The notes under the pieces were generated by a model. That model worked only from the letters and a program-made list of their open reading frames with translations. It was not told the DNA's origin and ran no database searches. From Azolla caroliniana (taxonomy: Eukaryota; Plantae; Polypodiophyta), in the NCBI GenBank assembly GCA_043228905.1, contig JBHGNT010000006.1, positions 14,198,001 to 14,262,000 of the forward strand: a stretch of DNA of 64,000 nucleotides, given 5' to 3'. Every line of letters begins with the position of its first letter. The first letter of the stretch is position 1. This document shows positions 23,901 to 37,444 of this stretch, one piece after another. A program made the translations under genes and the position numbers.

Positions 23901-26900
23901 GAATGCATTCTTCATGCCTTGGTATGAAGAATGCATGTCTGATGAGAGAGATAGATTGAGAGAAAGCCTTGTGAAAGTGTGACTGATGATTCCTTTAGTT
24001 TAAGAGTAGTTTAGCCTCTTAGATATGTCTTTTGCAGATAAAGGATTAAGCTCCGACTATATTGGCCAGGATATAGAGAGAAATCACAGAAGTGAGAAAA
24101 GTGATGATGATGATGATGAGTATAATTTATTTGACCTTGAGATGCCATCAATGTGACCTATAGGGCCAGTAAATGTTATATGGGAACTTTCTTTACCAAA
24201 TTTGCAGAATTTCCTTATGATTTCTAAACAAAGAGCAATATGCAAGTGCAGAAAGGACTGGAACCGTAGTGGCTAACTTAACAGAGTTGTATGAGATTGG
24301 TAATTGAAGACTGTTGGTAGTACTCTATAGTCAGAAACAAAAATAGCTGGAACGAAATTACATGCAATATTAAATGCAAAAGGCGAGAGAGAAGAGACCC
24401 TGATCGAGACAAAGAAGGAATAGACCCTGCTTGGGTAGCAGTAATAGTGGATCCTGCATTATGAGACCTGCATAAACAAAAGAAACTGACGGCAGTAAAG
24501 AAGGGGTAATTTTGGGACAAAATATCAACTAATATAGAACAACACTATATACAAACAACAATATATAATATGCAGGCATGGTATGCAGCTTTCAGTGTGT
24601 TGATAATGACGGTCTAAAGGAGGGATCTTGCAAGACAGTGAGTGCAACAAAGAGATTAATGTCAGACAGTGAAGGCTGTGATTAAGCAAAGAATTACCCA
24701 GAGATTGGGCAGAAATTAGCAGAGAATGGGAAAAAATAGCAAAGAGATTAACATAAAGATTCAGGAGATTTGACACAGGGAGTACCCAGAGATGGACAAA
24801 AATATTCAGTGAGCTTAATATAAACACTTGGTTGACATTAACACCAGGACTAAGCAGAGATTCAGGACAGATTAACATAGGAATTCAGCACACATAACAC
24901 AGAGAAGGCTAGAGACAATGCAGGGAAGATCAACATTAGTACTGATCATTCGATGTCGTAAGATATCTGTGAAGAAAACATGTCCATAGAGAGAGAGCAT
25001 AAAAAATAAGGGTTACTAATCAAATTACATAAGTAGGGTGTAAGGTAGAATACAATAAATGTGCAGTCGTAGATTGAAAAGATTTTTGAGTGCCGGTAGT
25101 TGTAAGGAAAAAGGAGAAGGGAACTGAGAATCAGAATATAAAAATGCATGCACATCCATGCACAAACCAACAAGGGGCACAGTGTCAAACCCAATAATTA
25201 AATTTCTGATTTTCAGAAACATGAAAACCTACCGCCACTCATAGTGAACTGGGAAATTTTAGAAATGATAAATATCTGTCACAAATCAATGAAAATCAAT
25301 CCGTTGGCATGCACCATAAATTGCTGGAATCATACTTTCTAAGAGACCATCATCAGCTCACTGATTGCTTTTTGTGCTCTTTTGTACAAACAATTAAGTG
25401 GGCTCCATATTTTCTAGTGCCTACACATGTTCAAATTTGCATTGCGACACATGAAATCTGTCATGTATGACGTATAAAGTCAACCCACTAGATGTCCTTT
25501 AATATTGCAGGGTTGGATAGATCATTTTCATGATTATATGTTACAATCTCCATGTTGAAATGCATCAATTCAATAAACTAATTCTGCCAGAAAGACCATG
25601 TAATTGCTCCAGTTGAACATCTAATTGCTTATTCAGGGTTTGGCCAAAGGCCTTTTAAGGAAATAAGGAAATAAGGAAATAAAAGTGTATTTCAGAGTTT
25701 CTCTATCCATTATATCTAAGACAAGAATATGCATCCCTCGGGAAGTTACAAACCAGACTGTCTCATAAAAAAGTATCAAACCGATGAGAGGCTTAGAAGA
25801 TTCTAACTGCTAATCATGCAGAAGCCATCTAACCTTTTGTTTTGAGATTAGAATTAAAACAATATTATGAGTCAGTTATACACTAACATGGGAGTTGCTG
25901 TCTGTCCTTTATAAGAAGGCTCTGCATCAACAACCTTGCAAGTGACACGTTGGGGCACTGATGCTGATAGGGGCTCTCCATCAGCATATTGCACAGTTAC
26001 AGGCATGCCATCTGTTGGAATTTTGCATTAAAGAAACGTTATAATGTACGAAATTACATAGCCTTGAAATACTGGAAAGCTTTAAGGTACGTCCTAATCA
26101 CACACTTCACCTGACAGATATGCTGCTCCACTACCAAACATTCTTTTAGGAACCTCCACTTGTTCAAATGTTTTGGGTCTAGAAATAAACATGTCAATGA
26201 TCAATCCCCTCAAATATAACCATCAAAGTACATTCAACAATTTACAAATAATTGATACATGCCATAAAAATAACACTTAATACTTTCTTCAGTGGTCAGG
26301 AAAAGTCAATATTCAATATTCAATATTCAAGAAAATAATGCATACCTAGCTAGCACAAACCTCCCAAAAGATACATCCTACACTTTCTTGACCGCTTAAA
26401 TACAAATAGATTAGGAACTTCATGAAAGACTTACTCCATCAAAAACACAGTATTCCCATCGAGATACAAGTAGGTAAAGCGTTTTGATTCAATGAACACT
26501 TCTGCAGCAAGAAACGTCTCATGTTAGCACAACCCATGTTATCTAGTCAATAAGATGCATAAAACACATTAGACTCAAACTCAATCAAGGTCGTGCAGCC
26601 CCTACTATCCACCAGCATTATCCTTCCACAATTGTCATCTCATGCAATACCTAGCAATCTTTTATTATTTCAATCTTTGAATTGGTTAGTATTGCGTATT
26701 TAATGCTCTTGAATGCTTGAGTAAATCCCATACTGAAAGCTCATACACACTCTGGGGAGTTAATACAGGGCCTGAACTAAGACAGGAAGATGAAACTGTC
26801 AATAATGTTAGGTTTTTTTATAACCTTCATGACGTGAGCTCTGCATTAAAATAGTAGGAAAACCACACTGACCATGTAACAAATGTTTCTGAAGAAAGGA

Positions 26901-28793
26901 AGCGCATCATATGAAACGATGATTATGACTGGTAAGATTTTTCACATACCATTGAGAAAATTAACTGTTCATACTTACAAAAGATTTCACAGGTTTAGTG
27001 TGCATACTTTCAAGGGCCTCTGAAGTACGTAATCTTTCACTTGACTTAAGGCCACTTTGAACATCCCTGAGCTCAACCTGAAATTCAGTATTCCATGAAT
27101 ATTGACAAAAGATAGGATTAGGAGCTAAGAAAATCTATTATCACAAGTCATAGTTACACGAAAGTCTAGGAAAATGACTCTTTTGGATGTCAACACCATC
27201 AGGATATTAATATATTAAACCTGTATAGTTGCTCCTCCCCGTCCTTGTTGGGTGTGCTGAGTCTTCAGAACCTTTAAAGTTTTTCAAATTTCTAAATCAG
27301 TTCTGAATTGTGAAAATAAGTACAGATATAGAGGGAGAAAACTCGAATGTATGGACTACGATTTAAATAGGAATACGATCAACCTCCACCATGCGTCCTG
27401 GAAGAAAAGAAATCAAACTTAAACCCATCGCTAGATATCATATGTTTAATTTATGCACTGAGCTTCCAACTTTGCTCACCTGTTCGTTTGATTACATTCC
27501 CTTCTCGTACCTGGAAACGCAAACACCAGAATCCATTTGTTAATCATTGAATACAGAAAAAGAACCTAAAACTGTATGACAATACTTTCATCTCGGTTTT
27601 TTACAACCTATTCATGCATGAAATAAAGTAATATAAAGTATGCAGTTTTTCATTTCTCATAGTAATGAACCATACTTTCATCTCGGTTTTTTACAACCTA
27701 TTCATGCATGAAATAAAGTAATATAAAGTATGCAGTTTTCATTTCTCATAGTAATCAAACTTAAACCCATCGCTAGATATCATATGTTTTATTTATGTGT
27801 TTTGAAGGGAAGACCATTACTTCAAATTACCACTCGGTAAATTTCTTCAAATGTATTTTACCTAGGAAGACGATTTCGAATGTCTCTAAGGCTATCCCAA
27901 CTATTTTCATCATCCAGATTAAATATATGTGATTAGTCCAAGTGCTCTAATACTCATCTCTTTCGTTTCCCCATGGTGTAGTGAATATTACAAACCAAAA
28001 CAAGTCTCAATATTGTCCCTTGCATAACAATATTTCCCATAACGAGTAATCGTTTCTGCCTCCATATGTCCTAATTGCAAAGGAAGCAGAAATTCTTCAT
28101 CGTTTGGCTAGTAGAAAATTACACAAAAATTAACTTTAAAGTTGTTTGCCATTATAGCTTCTCTCATTACATGGAATTGGTTCAAGATAGTAATGGAATT
28201 AATGTGATTTATAAGTTTTGACTGGCCTCATGTAGACTAATGGGTTAGTGGAAGCTAGACTGTTTTCATACCTGTAGGAACTTCCATACCTTCCTCCACG
28301 TGCATATGGATGAGAAATGAAATCCATTAAGAAATAGAAAACCGTGAGGAGAACGGCTACTATATAGACAGTAATAATAATAGTATGTATGTATGTATGA
28401 ATGTATGTTTTTCTATATATATATACAAACATACATACATTACGTGCGTATATAGACATAAAAAGTTATGTATAAAGATACATTTATACACATATATAAT
28501 ATCGATTATTCGGATTATTATCATATGCAGAAACACACACACATATATATATAAATCATTCTCCTGATGGTTTCTATTTCTGTATGCACGCACACACACA
28601 CACACACACACACACATACAAACGAGCGTCCCTAAGCATGTATGTATGGTGTATGTATGTTTATCATAGATGTATTTATATAAGGAGAGAATTGAAGACG
28701 TACATCTGCTCCGAGGATTTTCGATCCTCTCAACTGCTGCATACACCAAGCGCTTCTCCCTGCTGCTCGCAGAAAAGCCCTAGCTCGATTCAT
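20999..28793 (-). CDS. efp: Elongation factor P, organellar (likely mitochondrial), 211 aa, 11 exons, intact
   Basis: Exons 28793-28704, 27510-27480, 27397-27384, 27271-27221, 27077-27008, 26501-26435, 26178-26111, 26011-25888, 21453-21414, 21327-21260, 21011-20999. All introns GT-AG; total 636 nt with no internal stop. Protein: MNRARAFLRAAGRSAWCMQQLRGSKILGAD VREGNVIKRTGRMVEVLKTQHTQQGRGGATIQVELRDVQSGLKSSERLRTSEALEKVFIE...EPKTFEQVEVP...TATPMYKKVVLENGVQIMAPTFVVAEDEIIVDTTDNSYVTRAKG. The Arg/Ala-rich N-terminus resembles a mitochondrial presequence. Confidence 0.95.
22098..23320 (-). pseudogene. Unidentified spliced gene relic nested in EF-P intron 8
   Basis: Exon-like block ~23320-22801 (NNYWKMLHNHCRFLRIL...WRAYALNSSVWPYVPLRLQKYRQL) ends at donor gtatag. 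It joins in phase to 22464-22098 (RIDDANDEAALNELREIKRQMDELDKKYDSYFTVEYALRLAESGFKD plus an acidic tail). Stops and a frameshift lie upstream. Confidence 0.45.
27582..27790 (+). repeat. Local ~87-bp tandem duplication plus a copy of 27414-27447 in EF-P intron 1
   Basis: atactttcatctcggtttt..catagtaat occurs twice, followed by caaacttaaacccatcgctagatatcatatgttt. Confidence 0.85.
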
Positions 28794-29040
28794 CACTTAG
28801 GAATGAAGGGCTTCTTCTTCCTTTACACACACTGTCTCCACGACAGAGAGAGACAGAGAGAGGGGGGTTGTTCTACATACATACATATTTACCTCTTGAG
28901 TGTTTCCTTTCATCTCTTTGTTTCTCCAAATGCGTATTACATACATGCATGCATATGTTACATGTATGTATGTATCCTCTCTTTGTCTCTCCAAATGCGT
29001 ATGTATGTATGTATGTATGTATGTATGTATGTATGTATGT
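28380..29040. repeat. Microsatellite cluster (TATG)n, (CA)n, (TA)n, (GA)n around EF-P exon 1
   Basis: Direct reading, e.g. (gtat)x10 at ~28999-29040 and a (ca)n run at 28591-28615. Confidence 0.9.
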
Positions 29041-29798
29041 AGAATCTAGATGATTACATGATGGTGATTGGTGCATGGCGTGTGTCTATTTGTATCCAAA
29101 TCATAAAGAGGCCTGACCAAGGAATCGCTGCCACGAATAGACAGTGCATTCCGAGGGCGCGTGCAATCTGTGTCGTTATATCTTTATACAAGGAATGCGC
29201 GCCATCAAAAAATCTGATTTTTGGGAGGTTGAGTAGCCCAACTATATGAATATGAGTTGCTCGGCTCAAATTAGTAGCCAAACTTGACACTCTACAATCC
29301 GCCTTTGTCCTCGGACTTTGTTTTCCCGATAGCTTGTAGTTTGCCGAAAGTGTCGATCTGACCGATTTCGCCTCCGCAGGAGCCCAACAGACTTAGGGCA
29401 CTAGAAGGAGCCCGACTCACAAGAATAGCCCGACTTGCATGTTGCATTCTGAAAACTTGCATGATTTCTTGATATACCTTCATGTTTCTAAGTGAAATCC
29501 AAATGTTTTTTAATATACCTACATGTTTCTAAATCTAGTATTAGGGTTTAGATTCTTGTCACCGCAAATAGTTCGTAATTATTTTTATTCTCCCTTGCTT
29601 GTATAAATGGATTCTCGTTCAAAAGAGTTCCTAGAGTTTGATGTTTATTGGGTGAAAGAAAACCAAGTGAAGGGAGGAATGGCATGATTCATTTTTCAAC
29701 AATGTATACGAGTCTATAATAGTGATGCATGTGTGCTAACTTTGGTTTTGGTTGCATGGTTTTTGTATGAAGAGGTATCAAAAGCAATGTATTCACTA

Positions 29799-31266
29799 AA
29801 TGGAGGTTGATAACAACATGGAGGCCACAAAGGCTCTAGACCCAATACGGGAACATGAACCACCAGATTTGGATGCTTCTCCAAAAGGTGAGTTGTTGTA
29901 CATCATTGTAATCTAGTTAGAGTTATGTATATATTGGTTTATTCTAATGCCTATTTCATTGCCAACACATTTTGACCAAATTTACGTGAGCCACTCTCGC
30001 TCTTCAAGTGTTGTCGAGATTCGACGGGGATCAAATCTTAGACATGTATAGTGTTTGAGTCATTCTAGCAAAAGCAAGGGTGGTTTCAAAAGAAAATGGA
30101 TATGGAGGCACATTTGCGGAAGGTACATGGCATTGATGTAGTGCTTCTAAGAGGGCTAAAGATTGAGGAAGAGGAGCAATTGACTCCTAGAGAAGACAGT
30201 GGTGTCACGTTCTTCGGCAATTATGAAAGGCAAAGGTCAATCAAGAGCTTCATGGATCCCAAGGTAAAATATCATAGATCTCATCAATCATATCAGAAAA
30301 AGATGATGGCAAGAGTGCTTAACCATTCCAAAAGAACTTCGAACCTACACAAAGTCAGAATTTGTTGACAATTTCACACATGCCGAGATGGCAATATACG
30401 ACTCAACAAAGGATGAACTAATAAAGAAGTTCAAATTAAAGATTGTTGTTGGATATGAATCTTATGTAAGTATGAACCTCAAGATTGGTGACATTTATGT
30501 ATCTTATGTAATATGTTGATTCCAATCTTTGGTATTTCAGTGTAAACATGAGCTTGCGAAATCCAAAGATGACGGGGGTTTGTCAATCGGTTGTGGATAG
30601 AATCAGTTGACAAAATCGACACCAACTTAACCGAGAAGGGTGAAAATCCAAGTCCAACAAAAAGAGGTGGACCCTATCCTAAGTAAGGAGATTACATCAT
30701 ATTCAGATGAGGAACCACAAGATGTTGGAACAATCCACATTGGATTTGGGAAAGCCACAAGATCACATAGCATGACAACTTGCATGTCGAAGACTGGATC
30801 TGATGGTGTAAGTGGATGAGCATGATTTGCAATCGTTGTGCTAGGCAGAGGAGATGGCATCCACATGGACAATGAGCCTTTTCAGCATGTGGATGGAATA
30901 TATGCGACCCCAAGAGGTCTTCTAACATGTATTGGATCGTTCGTCAATCCACTTTGGGTGTAGCTTGCTAACCAAAGCAACAAGGTGGATGGTATCCTCG
31001 GTCATGTGCAAGAGTGAGATTATGTTTTGATACCCACATTGCACTCGGGCCATTTGGTGCTTTGGATGAAAAAACTATATGGATGCTGAGAAGATGACCA
31101 TCCCCATAGTATTTTGTGACCCATTGAATAATCTGACAACCCACACTTTGAAGACTTTGGTAGATATTGTTAAGATTCTATTACTAATCAATAGACCAAA
31201 ATAAAGTAAAAAGAAGAAAAGTAGATTGGATAGAAGAACCCATTCCACCTGACCAACCCCCAGCTA
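29799..31266 (+). pseudogene. Spliced gene relic with a C2H2-like finger and a Ulp1/C48-peptidase-like region; probable DNA-transposon passenger
   Basis: Exon 1 MEVDNNMEATKALDPIREHEPPDLDASPK|gtgagt. Then FKCCRD...WFQKKMDMEAHLRKVHGI, and later SFVNPLWV...DYVLIPTLHSGHLVLW...IVFCDPLNN. Cut by the LTR at 31267. Confidence 0.45.
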
Positions 31267-34027
31267 TGATGTAGACATAGCCAATCTACCACGGGCGTTC
31301 CATACCGCTGAATATTAGGATGACTAATACCTTGGAAGAGATAACACGATCATCGAGACGAAAGCCTAGCCCACACCACCGGTGTCTAAGACAACAACCT
31401 TCCGACGTAATGTCCCTATGAGGGTAGCTAAGCCTCATATTTATACCTCTCCTTAGGCCCCTTGAATAGATATGGCTTTCTAAAAGACTCTCCATTCATT
31501 GGTTGTCCAAATCATGATAGTGCATGCACCTATCATTCCTTCTATCCAATGACATTAGTCCAATTTTAACATTGGTGAACATGCCCTTCACTTATGTAAA
31601 TATTAGTGACCTACCCTCACCTATATTATGTGTAGATAACATACTCACCTACTTCAAAAGATTGCACTCTTGCAATATAAAGTGAGGAAATTGTGCCTTA
31701 AGAGTATGCTTGCGTTCCCATGTGGCATCATCAATAGGTTTATCCATCCATTTGATGTTGAATAACCGAATCTCTCTAGAACGTAAACGTTTAGTACAAG
31801 AATCAAAATTTCGTTTAGGAACATGAGGTCTGTAAAAAAAATCCTCAAATGCTACAAGATCTTGGATTGTGATGGTGTTATCAGCAGAGCCTAAAAATGG
31901 TTTTAGACGACTGACGTGAAAAACAGGATGAATACCAACGTTACGGGGTAAGGCAATGTGATAAGCATATGACCCAACTCGCTTAAGGATTTCAAATGGG
32001 CCACAATATCGTGGGTTTAACTTAGCGCACTTGCATGTAGACAATGACTTAGAGTCTGTAGGGATATGCAAAAAACTTTTTGAGCAATAGTAAATGCATG
32101 AGGACGTCTATCCTGATCATCATAAAATCGAGCACGATCTTGAGCTGTCTGAACATTTGGTTCATGTCTTGCAAAAATTGGTGTGTACTGTCTAATGTAT
32201 CACAATTGTTGAGAATCAAGCTCAACATGGTCTAGTGTGTGAACACACCCTTGCGAGTGTATGAACACTCAAAGGTCAAAAGTCACACCACTATCTACAT
32301 ATTAACTATGTGTCATAGAATCATATTCTATGACACATAACTAATGAGTTTCCACATTCCCCATGACTGATGAGCTTTGGTAGTTAATGAAGAGAGAGGG
32401 TGACTATATAAAGCACCCTCCTACTTTGTAATGGGTCGGTTAATCTCCTTTGTAATATACATTTTCTTGAGTATTCTATTTTCCATTCTATCTATCTTGT
32501 GTCTCTCTACTCTCCTCTCGTCTTCTCACAAACACACACAACACACATCTCTAACCTATTCCGATGCACAAAATAACCATCCATTCGTTACAATGATGAA
32601 TCGTGACATCGATTGGGGCACGTGGTTGAAAACCATACATCAACATAAAAGGACTATATCCAATGGATGTATGTTTAGAGCTATTATAGGCAAATTCTAA
32701 GGTAGGAATGTATTGCTCCCACTTAGAAGGGGTTTTTGCGACATAAGCTCGCAACATGTCCTCAATAATTTGATTAACTCGTTCAGTTTGTCCATTAGAT
32801 AGAGGATGATCTGCGGAACTCATGCTCAACGTACTTTCTAGTTTCTTAAAGACTTGAGTCCAAAAGTCACTCGTAAACTTGGAATCTCGATCACTAACAA
32901 TATCCATCGGTAATTCATAAAAACGAAATAACTCATCAACAAATTGATAAGCCAATTGTTGAGCGGTTACCGTGGTTTTGGTAGGAATAAATCTAGCCAA
33001 TTTTGTTAGTCGGTCAACAATAACCCAAATGCAACATGACCTCTCTGTGTACGAGGTAAACTAACAATAAAATCCATCGAGATACTTTCACATTTGTTGT
33101 TGGGAATATCTAAAGGATACAAAAGACCAACAACTTTAAGTCGTTCCAACTTATTAATTTGACATTGTAAGCATTGAGTCACGTATTTATGCATGTTAGA
33201 GTGCATCTTAGGCCATAAAAAAGTACTTGACATGAGAACGAATTGTGCGTTGTATTCCAGGATGACTAGCGGATGGTGCATCATGACATTCATGAAGAAT
33301 TTTTTGTTTTAAGTTTGGTAAATATGGAACACAGACCTTGCCACTACGGTATAGCAAACTGTTTGTAATGTGAAAGGTCACCTTCGAGGGTAGGGTGCTA
33401 GTAACGACATCTAAACCAAATTCGGCTTCTGTCCAATATTTTGAGAAATAACTGCCATCAAGGTATTTCCCTCGAAATGATCTAAAAGATCAGATTTTAT
33501 TTCCGTGAAGCTAAGCATGTTAACTTCTTTAATGCGACTATGAGCATCTGCAACGATGTTCATAGAACCCTTGTGATACCATATGAAAAAATCAAAATCT
33601 TGCATAAGGTCAACCCAACGGCCTTTAAGACCAACAAGATCTAGCTACTCACAAAAATACTTCAATGATGGATGGTATGTTGTAACCACAAATTGATTTC
33701 CATATAGATAATGCCTCCATGTTTTTAGTGCATGTATTACTGTGAACAACTCTTTCTCTCGAACTTAATACCGAGATTGAGTAGCATCAAGCTTTTTACT
33801 GTTAAAAGTAATAAGGTGACCGCCTTGATAAAGGACAACACCAATAGCATAATCACTAGCATCATTTTTTATTGAGAAAGGCTTGGAAGGGTTCGATAAT
33901 AGAAGAGTGGGAGCTTGACACACATGCTCTTTGAGTGTCTCAAATGATGTGTCAAGTTTTTCATTCTAGGAAATTGGTTTGAAAGACTTACGTGGATGAC
34001 CTTTTAAAAGGTCAGTTAATGGTGTAG
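31267..34027 (-). mobile_element. Ty3/Gypsy chromovirus 3' half (RT end, RNase H, integrase, chromodomain, PPT, 3' LTR 31267-31641)
   Basis: KLNPRYCGPFEI...HPVFHVSRLK...IKWMDKPIDDATWE; IVSDRDSKFTSDFW...GQTERVNQ; ISMDFI. LTR TGATGTAGAC...GTAGATAACA with a purine-rich tract at 31642-31655. Confidence 0.9.
32207..32592 (+). mobile_element. Copia solo LTR inserted in the chromovirus integrase
   Basis: Starts tgttgagaatcaagctcaaca, the same terminal hairpin as 43519. TATA ctatataaag at ~32405. ACAAT duplicated at both junctions; removing the insert restores DVTIHHCDTLDSTHQFLQDM. Confidence 0.8.
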
Positions 34028-34872
34028 TCAATTTGGAATAGTTTCCTCTGTGATTTCTTCAAGGTTGATTTTCTGCGCGACCTTTTCCGGTTCTTTGTGA
34101 GGAGGTGTTTCGACTACCCAGAGGAAACCCTCCAGTCCGTTCTGGGTTAACCACTTCTTTGTCGTTTTAGAGAGAGTCATTGGTGCAAGGTCATTGTTGG
34201 TTTTTCCTGTGCTAGGGAGCTTTGATGCGCCAGTGCTTTCTGTTTGTGCGCATTTGATAACCTGTATCCGCTTCTGCTCTCTATATGCTCTGTTCTCGCT
34301 AAATGAAAATGCTTTTGCGATGCGGATGTTTTGTGTCCCCATTTTGCCGCCTTTTCTTGATTCTCGTGCATGCACGTCGTGTACCATAATAGGGGTTGTA
34401 CGCCGCGTGGTGCGCTTTAAATGGCTATTGTCACGTCATTTCGGGGTGTCCATTCATCATTTATTTATTTATTTTATTTATTTATTAGTACGGAGAAGTG
34501 CTATCATATTTCCGTAGTAATTGGCAATGCCGGATCTAGTTTAAGTGCCTCCTGGTTACCGCTCCTGGTTTTCACTTCGTCATCAGGTTGCTTGAACGGA
34601 TTTTGTGGCATCAGTCCGTGATAAGGTTTCAGTCGGAAACCGTTTACCCACTTCTCTAGGACTTCATTGGCCAACGTTCCTAATTGATAGGACCCCTTGA
34701 ATTCTCGCGTTATCCAGTATGGTCCGGTCCACCGAAACCGTAGTTTTCCCGGCATCTTGCCCATCCGGATCTGGAATACCAAAACTGCCTCGCCGATCCC
34801 GAACAACTTTTCATTCCCCTTCTGGTGCCGGTCGACGAACGCTTTCTGCCGTCTTTGTTCGAGCTCCAACTC
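34028..34872 (-). mobile_element. Athila-like Gypsy fragment (integrase C-terminus plus start of the extra ORF), relative of the element at 59644-64000
   Basis: MPGKLRFRWTGPYWI...VNGFRLKPY and MVHDVHARESRKGG...KWLTQNGLEGFL align with 63453-63872 and with MAGEEHARETKKGG...QWMRENGLKGLL. Confidence 0.85.
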
Positions 34873-37131
34873 CAGAGCATCAAATCATATGACGAGTCAC
34901 GAAGAATGGTTCTCATACTTGGAGAAACCGGAAAAATAGGGAGTGGTCGAAACTGGAGATGACACTCCGCATACCATCGAACATGTAGTTGAAGTTCCCC
35001 TCAGCCACGTCGGGCAGAAAGGGAAACTCATGAACGTGCTACACGTCCCAATAATAACGAAGAACTTGGTGTCGGTCGGACATATGCAAGTTCGGTTCAC
35101 ACATCTCGGTTGTTACATCGAAGAAGAGGGCAAAGTCATTGCGCCAGGGCACCAAGAAGGGAGGATGTTCATCCTCAATACCAATGAAGTCGGAACTGCA
35201 TTGTTCGCGAAAGGACAGAAGGTCGAGTCGAACATCGACCTATGGCACAAGCGGTTCAACCATGTTAACTTCCCGTGGCTTCGTGAAATGTAGACGAAGA
35301 ACATCGTTTTCTAATTGCCGAAATTTAGTGGTTGGAATGGACAAGTCTGTAAAGCCTACCAGCTTGGGAAGCAACACCAACTTCCATTTCCCAATGAGCA
35401 TAATCGGAGTCAAAATCCGGTTGATATGATCCATTCGGATATATGGAGACCGGCATAGAACGTGAGCATCAGAGGAAGCTGTTACTTCGTAAACTTCATC
35501 GATGACTTCACTCAGCACACTTGGGTGTGCTTGATCGCGAAAAAGAACGAAGTCTTTGCATGTTTCCTGAAGGTGAAGAGCCTTGCAGAAAGGGAAACTG
35601 GGTGAAAGATCAAGTGCCTAAGGTTTGATGGCGGGAAGGAGTACTTCTCCAACCAGTTCTCGAGTTATCTATAGAAGGAGGGAATTCAATACGAATTCTC
35701 GTGTAGATACATGCCGCAACAAAACGACTTGGCCGAGAGGGAGAATCAGACGATAGAAGAGGCAGCAAGGGTGATGCTTGAAAAGAAGCATATGCCGAAG
35801 TTCTATTGGGTCGAAGCGGTTAGAACAACCATCTACCTCTAGAATCGGGCATCTACCAATGGAGGAGTGTCACCACATGAGTTGTACTTCAAGAAGAAGC
35901 CAAACTTGGCACACTTGAGGGTCTTAGGTAGCATCACGTATGTGCATGTGTTGAAGGAAAAACGGAGGAAGTTGGATGCCAAAGCCGAGAAGTGTATCTT
36001 GGTTGGCTACTCAGACAAACAGAAGGGTTATAAGTGTTATAACCCTCGAACCAAACAATCTCGCATAAGTCGTGATGTTGTGTTCGATGAGTCTGCATCT
36101 TGGTACTTGCCTTCGCCTCCAACCCCTGATGACTCCATCTCGATCTTTGACGAAGAGGTCAGCGAGGCTGAAATGCCTCGGGACGAAGGAGACATAGGAG
36201 CTCTTGAAGAGAGTCTGATCTCATTTAAGCTAAGTGGGCCGAATGAGCGACTAAGTTGGCATGACCAGTCAGACGTAGAGTCGACGAGTAGTGGAGACTC
36301 GGTCGTGCACTCTCTGCGCAGGAAGCCGAGAAGACGGTTTACGTGCAAAGAGAAGGGAAAGAAGAAGATGCCGGAGTATGGCACTGATAAAGATGAGTCG
36401 GATCGAAGCGAATCCTACTCCAAGAAGAATGAAGATGGACTTTCAGAAGTGAAGTTCACGTCGGCCAAGAGGGCCTCAAAATCGGCTAATGAGCAATTAC
36501 GCCAATCTACCCGCCAGAAGAACCCCGTGGTTCGGTTCGGATACAACAAGTGCATGGCGCATCATTATGCGTACATGACGTGAGTGGCGGGAGTGCGTGA
36601 GCCGAAGAGCTACGCAGAAGCGGTGAAGGACACAAATTGGCGTGCCACAATGGAGGAAGAGATGCACACATTAGCGGAAAATGAAACCTGGGACCTGGTT
36701 GACGCCCCGAAGGGTGTAAAGACAATTGGATGCAAGTGGGTGTACAAGGTCACGTACAACACTAACGGCTCTGTTAAGCACTACAAGGCCCAATTAGTGG
36801 TGAAGGGATACACACAACAACACGACATCGACTACGATGAGACCTTTGCGCTTGTCACAAAGATGACAACTGTTCGTGTCCTGTTTGTGGTTGCCGCGGC
36901 AAAGGGGTGACATTTACATCAAATGGATGTAAAGAATAATGCATTCATGCAAGGCGAACTTGAGGAATAGGTGTACATGGTTCAACCCCCGGTTTTAAGT
37001 CCGGAGAGAACACCTCGACGGTATGCTGACTGAAGATCACGCAACACTTGCGTCGGATAGGGTTTGCGACGTCCAAATCCGACTCTTCATTGTTTGTCCC
37101 GCAAGGTCAACATGGACCGGTTAGTATTTTA

Positions 37132-37403
37132 TGACGGGAACTAAACGCTCCGCTATACGCAACGCTTGGCCACAACCGAGCTTAGATTCATGCACAAAAA
37201 ACGGGGAAATGAAAACACAACACAAAGAAGAGAAAAGTACACAGGAGGTTTACGTGGAAAACCCCAAACTAGGGAAAAAACCACGGCAGCCCACAGGCTG
37301 CAAACTATCACTATGTAAGAATGTACAACTGTGAGTTCACGGAGGCAACGACCTCGTGCTCACGATCCTCGCGACAAGCGACGGTTACAACAGAGGCAAC
37401 GAC

Positions 37404-37444
<41 letters not shown>

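Noticed and set aside
28272-28330. Alternative first exon for EF-P (MDFISHPY or MHVEEGMEV)
   Set aside because: Splicing it to exon 2 gives a stop or the wrong frame, whereas 28793-28704 joins in frame and encodes a presequence.
28199-29076. Multiple ORFs rich in Y/I/H/T/C/M/V
   Set aside because: Translations of microsatellites. The real coding exon here is EF-P exon 1 (28704-28793).
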